From Pirellulales bacterium (GTDB lineage Bacteria > Planctomycetota > Planctomycetia > Pirellulales > JAICIG01), in NCBI GenBank assembly GCA_035532215.1, contig DATKRK010000416.1, positions 13,183 through 77,182 of the forward strand: DNA of 64,000 nucleotides, in the 5' to 3' direction. The notes below the pieces were generated by a model. It did not search any database. It saw only the letters and a program-made list of their open reading frames with translations, and had not been told where the DNA came from. The translations under genes were made by a program, and so were the position numbers. Below are positions 43,593-51,506 of this stretch, in pieces (positions within the stretch are counted from its first letter, which is position 1; each line of letters begins with the position of its first letter).

Positions 43593-44908
43593 AGCGCCGC
43601 GCCCGATACATCAACCCCTCTCCCAAAGGGAGAGGGATTTGCCGCCGCGAGAATTCGCCCGTCGACCACGTGCGCGGCTGTCACCGTCGCAAAACGGCCG
43701 AAAGGCGCCAGCCCGGCGGGCGCCTCGACGACGGCATAGCGACAGCTCGTGCCGTAGATATATCCGGGCCGCTCGGGGACGGGCGACTCGACCATCACTT
43801 GCAGCTCGCGGCCGACGAGGCTCTGGTAATAGCGCTCGGCCAATCGCCGCTCCAGTTCGCGCAGCCGCTCGACCCGTTCGGCCTTGATCGGAGGCGAAAC
43901 CTGGTCGGGCATTTCCGCGGCCGGCGTCGTGCGGCGAGGGCTGAAGGGAAAGATGTGAATCTTCGAGAAGCCGACCTCCTCGGCCACGCGGCATGTCTCC
44001 AGAAAGTCGGCTTCGGTCTCGCCGGGAAAGCCGACGATGATGTCGGTCGTCAAGGCCGGTTGATCGAGCGACTGGCAAACCAGTCGGCAGCGGCCGACGA
44101 AGCGCCGCGCTCCCCAGCGGCGGCGCATGCGGCGCAAGATACGATCGGAGCCGCTTTGCAGCGAAACGTGTAGATGCGGGCAAACCCTTTGCGGGTGTTC
44201 GGCCATCGTCGCGACCAGTTCGCGCGTGACCTCGGTGGCTTCGATGCTCGACAAACGCACGCGGAAGTCGCCATCCAGCCGGGCGATGCGGTCGACGAGT
44301 TGGGCCAGCCGCAGCCAGTCGGTTTTCGGTCGGCCGCGGCTGAAGTCGACGCCGTAGTGGCCCAAGTGGATGCCGGTCAAAATCACTTCCCGATAGCCGC
44401 TGTCGACCAGCCGGCGGACCTCTTCCAAAATGTGCTCGGCCGGTCGGCTCGCCAATTGCGGCCGCACCTTGGGGATGATGCAAAAGCTGCAATGGAGCAG
44501 GCAGCCGTCTTGCACCTTCACATAGGCTCGCTTGCGGCCGTCGAACCGCGAAATGCCCGTCGGAATGTCGACGACGCCGAAGCGGCCCAGCAGATCGGGC
44601 AGCTCGCGCTTATCCGCCACCACTTCGACGACGCCGGGCAGGGCCGCGACTTCTTCGGGCGCCCGCGTGGCGTAGCAGCCCATCACAACGATCCGCGTGC
44701 CTGGATTTCGCGCCGCCAATTGGCGGATGGTCTGCCGGCTTTTGGCGTCCCCCTCGTGCGTTACCGTGCAGGTATTCACGACGCACAAATCGGCCGGTTC
44801 GTCCGCCGCCGCGTCGCGAAACCCGATCCGCGCCAGCCCTTCGCGCACGTACTGCGTTTCGTACTGGTTGACCTTGCAGCCGAGCGTGACGGTTTTAAGG
44901 GAAGGCAT
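43568..44908 (-). CDS. mtaB: radical-SAM methylthiotransferase, MtaB-like (tRNA t6A37 methylthiotransferase)
   Basis: N-terminal LGCKVNQYETQYV...VVNTCTVT (UPF0004 domain), a radical-SAM Cys cluster CSFCIIP, and a C-terminal TRAM-like segment. GCKVNQYE is MtaB-type rather than MiaB/RimO-type. Confidence 0.7.
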   Translation of the reverse strand: MPSLKTVTLGCKVNQYETQYVREGLARIGFRDAAADEPADLCVVNTCTVTHEGDAKSRQTIRQLAARNPGTRIVVMGCYATRAPEEVAALPGVVEVVADKRELPDLLGRFGVVDIPTGISRFDGRKRAYVKVQDGCLLHCSFCIIPKVRPQLASRPAEHILEEVRRLVDSGYREVILTGIHLGHYGVDFSRGRPKTDWLRLAQLVDRIARLDGDFRVRLSSIEATEVTRELVATMAEHPQRVCPHLHVSLQSGSDRILRRMRRRWGARRFVGRCRLVCQSLDQPALTTDIIVGFPGETEADFLETCRVAEEVGFSKIHIFPFSPRRTTPAAEMPDQVSPPIKAERVERLRELERRLAERYYQSLVGRELQVMVESPVPERPGYIYGTSCRYAVVEAPAGLAPFGRFATVTAAHVVDGRILAAANPSPFGRGVDVSGAALQRPISNP

Positions 44909-44962
44909 GAGGAAGTCGGAGGTCGGAAAACGGAGTCGGAGGCTCGCTGCTTCTTTTCCGAC

Positions 44963-45337
44963 CTAATGTGCCGGTTCAATCGTCGAAAACATCGAGCCCA
45001 AACAGCCCCGGACCGATTTGTCTTTGCCGTAGGCGTGGATCTGGTCGCGCTTCAATTCGGCGTGTTCTTTGGTGGTGGTCAAGACGATAGCCCGGCCTTG
45101 CGAATGGACTTGCTCGGCGATCTCAAATCCCTTTTCAATAGGATGCGCGAACAGCTCGGCCAACATCAAGATCACGTATTCATAGGTGTGGTCGTCGTCG
45201 TTCCAGAGGATGACGTTATAGGGGGGCTGGCGCTTCGGCTTCTTGCGGCGTTCTTCACGCGGCTTGACAGCCTCCTCGACGGCAGCTTCTGCCTTGGCAA
45301 TGGTTTTTGACACAGCGATATCCGCCGAAATCGGCAA
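44963..45337 (-). CDS. clpS: ATP-dependent Clp protease adaptor ClpS
   Basis: PPYNVILWNDDDHTYEYVILMLAELFAHPIEKGFEIAEQVHSQGRAIVLTTTKEHAELKRDQI is the ClpS core. The exact start codon is uncertain. Confidence 0.85.
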   Translation of the reverse strand: MPISADIAVSKTIAKAEAAVEEAVKPREERRKKPKRQPPYNVILWNDDDHTYEYVILMLAELFAHPIEKGFEIAEQVHSQGRAIVLTTTKEHAELKRDQIHAYGKDKSVRGCLGSMFSTIEPAH

Positions 45338-45400
45338 ATTGGTTTCACGGGCTCATGGCCCATCGGGCGTCTGACCATTATAGTAAGAACCCGTTACGAC

Positions 45401-45560
45401 ATGGAGGGACGGGCGCCCTCGCCCGTCCAAGAGGGTGGGACGCTATGGAGGGCCGGGCGCCCTCGCCCGTCCAAGAGGGAGGGATCCTCTGGAAGAGTTC
45501 GGAAGAAAGCGAGGCGGATTCTGATTCGCCTACGCCGGGCGAGGGCGCCCGGCCCTCCAT
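45401..45560. repeat. GC-rich palindromic dispersed repeat, family A (three copies: two direct, one inverted)
   Basis: ATGGAGGG(A/C)CGGGCGCCCTCGCCCGTCCAAGAGGG occurs at 45401-45435 and 45445-45479. The reverse-complement form CCGGGCGAGGGCGCCCGGCCCTCCAT occurs at 45535-45560. All lie in the clpS/dipeptidase divergent spacer. Confidence 0.85.
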
Positions 45561-45585
45561 GAAACAAGACCGCGAGGTGACTGCG

Positions 45586-46977
45586 ATGGATCAGGCAAAA
45601 CTCGATCGCTATTTGGAAGAGTACGGCGCCAAATTCGAAGCTGATTTGTGCGAACTGCTCAAGATTCCCAGCGTCAGCGCCGATAGCCGCCACCGCCCCG
45701 ACGTCCGCCGCGCCGCCGAGTGGGTGGCGGGGCAGTTCCGCTCGCTGGGCCTGACGGTCGAACTTTGCGAAACCGCCGGCCATCCGATCGTCTACGCCGA
45801 ATCGCTGGCGGCGCCCGGCGCCCCGACGGTGCTGGTTTATGGCCATTACGACGTGCAGCCGCCCGATCCGCTTGACGAATGGACTTCGCCGCCGTTCGAG
45901 CCGACCCGCCGCGACGGCAACCTTTATGCCCGCGGCGCCACCGACGACAAAGGCCAGATGCTCACGCACGTCAAAAGCGCCGAAGCCTGGCTCCGCTCCG
46001 AGGGCCGGCTGCCGATCAACCTCAAGTACCTGATTGAAGGCGAAGAAGAGGTCGGCAGCGAACATCTGGAAAAATTCATCGCCGAGCAACGCCAGCGGCT
46101 GGCCTGCGACGTGATCGTGATCAGCGACACCAGCCAGTTCGCCCCCGGTCAACCGGCCATTACTTACGGACTCAAGGGCATCGCCTATTTCGAATTGCGG
46201 TTGACTGGGCCGAACCAGGACCTGCACTCGGGCACGTTCGGCGGCGGCGTGACCAACCCGGCCAATGCGCTGGCCAAAATGCTGGCCGCGCTCGTCGACG
46301 ACCAGGGCCGGATTCAAGTGCCCGGCTTCTACGACGACGTCGTGCCGCTTTCCGCCGCCGAACGCGAGCAATTCGCGGCGCTCGGCTTCAGCGAAGAAGA
46401 GTTCATGGCTCAGATCGGCGTCGATGGCGTGACGGGCGAGGCCGGCTACACGACGCTCGAACGCCGCTGGGCGCGGCCGACGTGCGATGTGAACGGCTTG
46501 TGGAGCGGCTATCAGGGCGAGGGCTCGAAAACCGTGCTGCCCGCGCGGGCCGGCGCCAAGTTCAGCTTCCGTCTCGTGCCGAATCAGGATCCGCTCAAGA
46601 TTCACAAGGCGTTGGAGGCCATGCTGCGGCGGCTCTGCCCGCCGGGCATCAAGCTGGAACTGATCCCCTTTCACGGGGCGCCGGGCGTGGTGGTTCCGCT
46701 CGACAGCCCTTACATGGCGGCGGCGGCGAAGGCCATCGAGCACGGCTTCGGCAAGCGCCCGGTGTTCATTCGCGAGGGCGGCTCGATCCCGGTCGTTTCG
46801 ACCTTCCGCCAACTGCTCGGCGCCGATACGCTGCTGTTGGGCTGGGGGCAGAACGACGACAACACCCACAGTCCCAACGAAAAATTCTGCCTGGCCGACT
46901 ACCATCGCGGCATCAAGGCCAGCGCCTATTTGTGGCACGAACTGAGCCAAATATCGCACAAAGGCAGCGCTACCTGA
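45586..46977 (+). CDS. M20-family dipeptidase (ArgE/DapE/CNDP-like)
   Basis: MDQAKLDRYLEEY...LLKIPSVSAD...VLVYGHYDVQPPDPLDEWTSPPFEP...LYARGATDDKGQ...LIEGEEEVGS. The start is placed at ATG 45586 (alternative 45559). The ORF-track start 45307 would read through the family A repeats. Confidence 0.8.
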   Translation: MDQAKLDRYLEEYGAKFEADLCELLKIPSVSADSRHRPDVRRAAEWVAGQFRSLGLTVELCETAGHPIVYAESLAAPGAPTVLVYGHYDVQPPDPLDEWTSPPFEPTRRDGNLYARGATDDKGQMLTHVKSAEAWLRSEGRLPINLKYLIEGEEEVGSEHLEKFIAEQRQRLACDVIVISDTSQFAPGQPAITYGLKGIAYFELRLTGPNQDLHSGTFGGGVTNPANALAKMLAALVDDQGRIQVPGFYDDVVPLSAAEREQFAALGFSEEEFMAQIGVDGVTGEAGYTTLERRWARPTCDVNGLWSGYQGEGSKTVLPARAGAKFSFRLVPNQDPLKIHKALEAMLRRLCPPGIKLELIPFHGAPGVVVPLDSPYMAAAAKAIEHGFGKRPVFIREGGSIPVVSTFRQLLGADTLLLGWGQNDDNTHSPNEKFCLADYHRGIKASAYLWHELSQISHKGSAT

Positions 46978-47106
46978 CGCGGCGGCAGTTTGGTATGTTA
47001 GGCGTATCGTTCACCTCCAGTGCCCCTGCGAGGCGGGCGGTGCCGTGCCCGCGAACGCTGCGCCGTTGACTTCTCAGACGGTTCGACAGAGTGTATAGAG
47101 GGATTC

Positions 47107-47292
47107 GTGATCGTCCATTATGATGGCTTCATTATTCTGTTGATTGTTCTTATGGGGCTTGTTCCGATTTGCCGCGGTGGTAAGTGGAATTGGAAGGTCG
47201 TTCAGCGCGGCAAGGCCCTCAGTGCTGTGTTCTGGTTTGGGTGGTTCTCGGCGCTCCTCGTCAGCCTGCTGAGGTTATGTGGCCTGATCTAA
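47107..47292 (+). CDS. possible small hydrophobic protein
   Basis: A GTG-started ORF, VIVHYDGFIILLIVLMGLVPICRGG...AVFWFGWFSALLVSLLRLCGLI, with two hydrophobic stretches in an apparently lower-GC patch. It has no clear RBS and no recognisable family. Confidence 0.25.
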   Translation: MIVHYDGFIILLIVLMGLVPICRGGKWNWKVVQRGKALSAVFWFGWFSALLVSLLRLCGLI

Positions 47293-47351
47293 CACTACAG
47301 CGATAACGTGAAGCGTTTTATCGTGTCGTCGCAATAGCGGAGTCTCGTTCG

Positions 47352-47573
47352 ATGAGCCTGACCTTGGAACAGTTCGGCATCGACCGGCTCAGCCCCCAGC
47401 AGCGACTTGAGCTCATCAGCCTCCTCTGGGACAGCCTGCCCGCCGATGTTCCAATAACCGTTCCCGATTCGCAGTTGCGGGAGTTAGAGCGGCGAATCGC
47501 CGCCGCGGATGCAGACCCCGGCGCGGCCGAGCCATGGGAAGAGGTGCGTGCTCGCCTGTCGAAAAAGCCATGA
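47352..47573 (+). CDS. putative addiction-module antitoxin component (TIGR02574-type, normally paired with a ParE/RelE toxin)
   Basis: MSLTLEQFGIDRLSPQQRLELISLLWDSLP...DSQLRELERRIAAADADPGAAEPWEEVRARL matches the 'putative addiction module component' pattern (L.P.eR.eLi..LwdSL....l.......eL.rR...). The stop TGA 47571-47573 overlaps the next ATG. Confidence 0.7.
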   Translation: MSLTLEQFGIDRLSPQQRLELISLLWDSLPADVPITVPDSQLRELERRIAAADADPGAAEPWEEVRARLSKKP

Positions 47574-47650
47574 TCTCGCCCGTCGTCCTGCGTCCCGAAG
47601 CCGCTCAAGACGTGGAAGTGGCAGCAAACGGAGCGTTCTGGATCGAATGA
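47570..47650 (+). pseudogene. 26-codon remnant of a ParE/RelE-type toxin gene
   Basis: ATG 47570 makes an ATGA overlap with the antitoxin stop. It encodes MISPVVLRPEAAQDVEVAANGAFWIE then a stop, resembling the N-terminus of ParE-family toxins (..v.f.peAe.Dl.ea..w..). The stop TGA 47648-47650 overlaps the hicA ATG 47647. Confidence 0.5.
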
Positions 47651-47835
47651 AGGTTAGGGAACTCATTAAACTTATTGAGGAAGATGGTTGGACGCAGACG
47701 CGAATGAAGGGAAGTCATCGCCAGTTCAAGCACGCTTCCAAAGCGGGGACAGTCACCGTGTCGGGCAAGCCGAACGTTGACGTACCGCCAGGCACGCTGA
47801 ATAGCGTGCTGAAGCAAGCGGGACTTAAGGAGTAG
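47647..47835 (+). CDS. hicA: HicA-family mRNA interferase toxin
   Basis: MKVRELIKLIEEDGWTQTRMKGSHRQFKHASKAGTVTVSGKPNVDVPPGTLNSVLKQAGL is the canonical HicA (YcfA-like) pattern, including GSH. Confidence 0.85.
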   Translation: MKVRELIKLIEEDGWTQTRMKGSHRQFKHASKAGTVTVSGKPNVDVPPGTLNSVLKQAGLKE

Positions 47836-47842
47836 GTGCTAC

Positions 47843-48058
47843 ATGCAGTACATGGTGGTCATCGAACAAGGCCCGACGAGTTGGGGCGCTTACGTCCCCG
47901 ATCTTCCCGGATGCGTTGCAGCCGGGGAGAGCCGCGACGAGGTGTTGCAACTGATCCGGGAAGCCATCGAATTTCACCTCGAAGGCCTTAAAGACGAGGG
48001 CGAGCCGATTCCGGCGCCGCATTCCTCGGGGGAACTCGTTGAGGTCCATGTCGATTAA
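47843..48058 (+). CDS. hicB: HicB-family antitoxin (UPF0150 core only, no appended DNA-binding domain)
   Basis: YMVVIEQGPTSWGAYVPDLPGCVAAGESRDEVLQLIREAIEFHLEGLKDEGEPIP is the HicB N-terminal fold signature. It lies 7 nt downstream of hicA. Confidence 0.8.
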   Translation: MQYMVVIEQGPTSWGAYVPDLPGCVAAGESRDEVLQLIREAIEFHLEGLKDEGEPIPAPHSSGELVEVHVD

Positions 48059-48168
48059 CATTGCGCCTTTGCGTTGGCACGCGTTGGAATAACGCCATCC
48101 AAAGCAACGTATCAACGGTCATCGCTTTCTTTCGTCTGTTCCCCTGACGCCATCGCCAATCGCCTCTC

Positions 48169-49446
48169 ATGCTCGACCGCAAATTCATCGTCGAAAACGC
48201 CGATCTCGTCCGCCAGAATTGCGAGCGCCGCGGGGCGCGCGCGGACGTCGATCAGTTCGTGGCCTTGGACGCCAAGCGTCGCGAGAAGCAGGTCGAAGTC
48301 GATCATTTGAACCAGAAGGCCAACGAGGTCTCGAAATCGATCGGCAAGGCCAAGGACGCCGCCGAGCGCGAAGCCCGCAAAAACGAAGGGCGGCAACTGC
48401 GCGAACAAACGGCGGCCGCCCAGGCGGAACTCGACGCGGCGCTGGCGGAAATGGACGTCATCCAGCGCACGATTCCCAACCTGTCGCACCCCGCCGCTCC
48501 GCTGGGCGCCGACGACCAGGCGAATCTCGAAATTCGCCGCGGCCGATCGCCGCAGCCCAAGTTCGATTTCAAGCCGCTCGATCACGTCGAATTGGGCGAG
48601 AAGCTGAGCCTGATGGATTTCGAGGGGGGCGCCAAGGTCGCCGGCCACGGTTTTTATTTCCTCAAGAACGACGCCGTACTGCTGGAGCTGGCGCTGCAGC
48701 GATACGCGATCGAATTGCTGATTGCCGAGGGATTCACGCCGACGATCACGCCCGACCTGGCCCGCAACGAAATCTTGCAAGGCACGGGCTACATCCCCCG
48801 CGGGCCCGAGACGCAAATCTATAGCATCGCCGATAGCGACCTGAGCCTGGTCGCGACGGCCGAGATCACGCTCGGCGGACTGCTGGCCGACACGATGCTC
48901 GAAGCCGAGCAGTTGCCGATCAAGGTCTGCGGCATCAGCCATTGCTACCGCACGGAAGCCGGCGCCCACGGCCGGGCGACTCGCGGGCTGTACCGCGTTC
49001 ACCAATTCACCAAAGTCGAGATGTTCGCCTTCACCGAGCCTGCGGCGAGCGACGCGATGCTCGATAATTTTTGCGAACTCGAATGCCGGCTGTTCGACGG
49101 GCTGGGCATTCCCTATCGCGTCGTCGACACGGCCACCGGCGACCTCGGCGGGCCGGCCTACCGCAAGTTCGACCTGGAAGCCTGGATGCCCGGCCGCGGC
49201 GAGAGCGGCGAATTCGGCGAAGTGACCAGCACCTCGAACTGCACCGACTACCAGGCCCGGCGGCTGGGGATTCGATTCCGCAAGAAGGGCGAAAAGGGCA
49301 CGACCTTCGTCCACACGCTCAACGGCACCGCCATCGCCATCAGCCGCGCGATCATCGCGATTTTGGAGAACTACCAGCAGGCCGACGGTTCGGTCCTCGT
49401 CCCGCAGGCTTTGCAAGCCTTCATGGGCAAAAAGCGAATCGGATAG
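48169..49446 (+). CDS. serS: seryl-tRNA synthetase
   Basis: 425 aa with an N-terminal coiled-coil arm (MLDRKFIVENADLVRQNCERRG...). Class II motifs include GFYFLKNDAVLLELAL, HCYRTEAG...RGLYRVHQF.KVE and FVHTLNGTAIAISRAIIAILENYQ. Confidence 0.95.
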   Translation: MLDRKFIVENADLVRQNCERRGARADVDQFVALDAKRREKQVEVDHLNQKANEVSKSIGKAKDAAEREARKNEGRQLREQTAAAQAELDAALAEMDVIQRTIPNLSHPAAPLGADDQANLEIRRGRSPQPKFDFKPLDHVELGEKLSLMDFEGGAKVAGHGFYFLKNDAVLLELALQRYAIELLIAEGFTPTITPDLARNEILQGTGYIPRGPETQIYSIADSDLSLVATAEITLGGLLADTMLEAEQLPIKVCGISHCYRTEAGAHGRATRGLYRVHQFTKVEMFAFTEPAASDAMLDNFCELECRLFDGLGIPYRVVDTATGDLGGPAYRKFDLEAWMPGRGESGEFGEVTSTSNCTDYQARRLGIRFRKKGEKGTTFVHTLNGTAIAISRAIIAILENYQQADGSVLVPQALQAFMGKKRIG

Positions 49447-49613
49447 TTGCGGTCCTCGCTCGAAGTGCAGGCGGTGAAGGCGCCCGTCGCTTCTGGTTCT
49501 GCTTGCACGGCGGCATACAATTGGCTTGTGGCCCCTCGCGTTCTTTGGCTGTTATGTCGACCGAATCCGATCTCCCCGCGCCGTTGCCCGAAGAACCACT
49601 CGGCGAACCCAAC

Positions 49614-49717
49614 GCCGGGCGAGGGCGCCCGGCCCTCCCTGATGACGCCGGGCGAGGGCGCCCGGACCTCCCTGAAGCGGAATCCGATGCCGGGCGAGGG
49701 CGCCCGGCCCTCCCTGA
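49614..49717. repeat. family A GC-rich palindromic repeat, three direct copies
   Basis: GCCGGGCGAGGGCGCCCGG(C/A)CCTCCCTGA occurs at 49614-49642, 49647-49675 and 49689-49717. It is the same core as 45535-45560 and lies in the serS-uvrC spacer. Confidence 0.85.
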
Positions 49718-49739
49718 CGCGCGCGACGGCGACGCTGAA

Positions 49740-51050
49740 ATGCAGTTCGGCTATCGCCGGGCGGCGGCCAAGGTGCGCGAGTTTCCGCAGACGCCGGGCG
49801 TGTATCTGATGAAGGACGGCCGCGGCCGCGTGATCTACGTGGGCAAGGCCAAGAACTTGCGGTCGCGCGCGGCCAGTTACTTCTTGAAGGCGGCGGCCGA
49901 CGACCGCCGCACGGCCGAACTGGTGCGCGAAATCTGCGACATCGACTACGTCGAAGCCGAAAGCGAAGTCGACGCACTGCTGGCCGAAGCCCGGCTAATC
50001 AAGGACATTCAGCCCAAGTTCAACCAGGACCTGAAAGACGACAAGACCTTTCCGTACCTGGAAATCTACACCCGCGAGGACTTTCCCCGCGTCGAATTCA
50101 CGCGCGAGCCGAGCGAGCGCGGCACGAAGCTCTACGGGCCGTTCGCCAGCGCCAGCGGCCTGCGCGGCGCGATCCAGGTGCTGCAAAAGATTTTCAAATT
50201 CCGCACGTGCAGCCTCGACATCGACGAGGGCGACGAAAAGTGGCGCTGGTTCCGGCCCTGCCTGCTGGCCAGCATCGACCAGTGTACGGCGCCTTGCAAT
50301 TTGCGCATCTCGAAAGAAGAGTATCGCCGCGACATCGCCCGGCTGCGGATGTTTTTGGACGGTAACAAGCAGAAGCTGCTCAAAGAGATGCGCGAGGAGA
50401 TGACCGCTCACGCGAAGGCTCTGCGCTTCGAGCAGGCCGCCCGGCTGCGCGATGAAATCCGCTTGCTCGAAACGCTCGATCAGCGCGGCGAACTCGACAC
50501 CCACGAGCAGCCCGAGGTGTTCTACATCGACCCGAAAAAGGGACTGGCCGGGTTGAAAAAGGTGCTCAAGCTGGCCGAAACGCCGCGGACGATCGAAGGG
50601 GTCGACATCGCTCACCTGGGCGGCGGAGAAACGGTGGCCAGCCTGGTGCAATTCATCGACGGCTTGCCGTTCAAGCCCGGCTACAAGCGTTACAAGATTC
50701 GCGGCGTGAGCGGCATCGACGACTTTGCCAGCATTCACGAGGTGGTAGCTCGCCGTTTCCAGCGTCTGGACGCCGAAGGCGAAGCGTTTCCCGACATCCT
50801 GCTGATCGACGGCGGCAAGGGACAGCTCAACGCCGGCATGGAGGCGTTCGCGGCGCTGGGCATCCAGCCGCCGACCGTCATTTCGCTGGCCAAGCGGGAA
50901 GAAGAAGTTTTCCTGCCCGGCGTCGACGAGCCGCTGCGTTTAAGCCGCCACTCCTACGCCCTGCGGCTGTTGCAGTACGTGCGCGACGAGGCCCATCGCT
51001 TCGCCCAGCACTACCACCACATTTTGCGGCGCAAGACGTTGGAAGGATGA
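49740..51050 (+). CDS. uvrC: excinuclease ABC subunit C (short form, no C-terminal (HhH)2 domain)
   Basis: Start chosen at ATG 49740: MQFGYRRAAAKVREFPQTPGVYLMKDGRGRVIYVGKAKNLRSRAASYF (GIY-YIG). It also has a Cys-rich segment FRPCLLASIDQCTAPC, a UVR domain (LRFEQAARLRDEIRLLE) and an endonuclease domain ending ...YVRDEAHRFAQHYHHILRRKTLEG. The upstream in-frame ATG 49554 would add a tail made of family A repeats. Confidence 0.85.
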   Translation: MQFGYRRAAAKVREFPQTPGVYLMKDGRGRVIYVGKAKNLRSRAASYFLKAAADDRRTAELVREICDIDYVEAESEVDALLAEARLIKDIQPKFNQDLKDDKTFPYLEIYTREDFPRVEFTREPSERGTKLYGPFASASGLRGAIQVLQKIFKFRTCSLDIDEGDEKWRWFRPCLLASIDQCTAPCNLRISKEEYRRDIARLRMFLDGNKQKLLKEMREEMTAHAKALRFEQAARLRDEIRLLETLDQRGELDTHEQPEVFYIDPKKGLAGLKKVLKLAETPRTIEGVDIAHLGGGETVASLVQFIDGLPFKPGYKRYKIRGVSGIDDFASIHEVVARRFQRLDAEGEAFPDILLIDGGKGQLNAGMEAFAALGIQPPTVISLAKREEEVFLPGVDEPLRLSRHSYALRLLQYVRDEAHRFAQHYHHILRRKTLEG

Positions 51051-51270
51051 CGGGGATTTTGGATTTTCGATTGCGTGAATAGGCGTCGTGCCAGGCATTA
51101 CTCCCAAATGCCCCAATTCAACGAGACGGAATCGAATTATGGTTCCTCGGCAGAATCTGTGGTTGGTTCCGGCCGCAGATCAAATGGAGGCGTGCGTTTT
51201 TTTAGGCATATCCGGGCAAATAAATGGGGTCGCAATGCGCGGACGAGATAATTCGTGATAGAATCTTCGT

Positions 51271-51394
51271 CGCCTGGTGAAACGGAGTCAGGCTCTGCTG
51301 GCGAGCAACCTGGCAAGGGATAACCAGGTCCGCACCGGGTAAATGACTCGCCTTGCCCTGACCCGCCGCGGCGGGTCAGGGCCTTTTGCGCTTT
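51271..51394 (+). ncRNA. candidate ~125-nt structured small RNA or cis-regulatory leader
   Basis: An extended -10 element TGaTAGAAT (51256-51264) is followed by predicted stems UCGCC/GGCGA and ACCUGG/CCAGGU (51309-51329), then an 11-bp terminator hairpin. The whole unit is bracketed by a perfect 19-bp inverted repeat, CCGGGCAAATAAATGGGGT at 51212-51230 and its complement at 51400-51418. No known RNA family was recognised. Confidence 0.3.
51356..51394 (+). terminator. Rho-independent terminator-like hairpin
   Basis: CCCTGACCCGC (51356-51366), loop CGCG, GCGGGTCAGGG (51371-51381), then CCTTTTGCGCTTT. The opposite strand has no T-run. Confidence 0.6.
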
Positions 51395-51506
51395 ACAGCA
51401 CCCCATTTATTTGCCCGGCCTTGCCTTGGAAAACGCAACCGCAGCCCCGCTAATCAGCGCCAAAATCACCACTAGATTCTGCGGAAGAGCCAGAAAGGAT
51501 TGAGCC

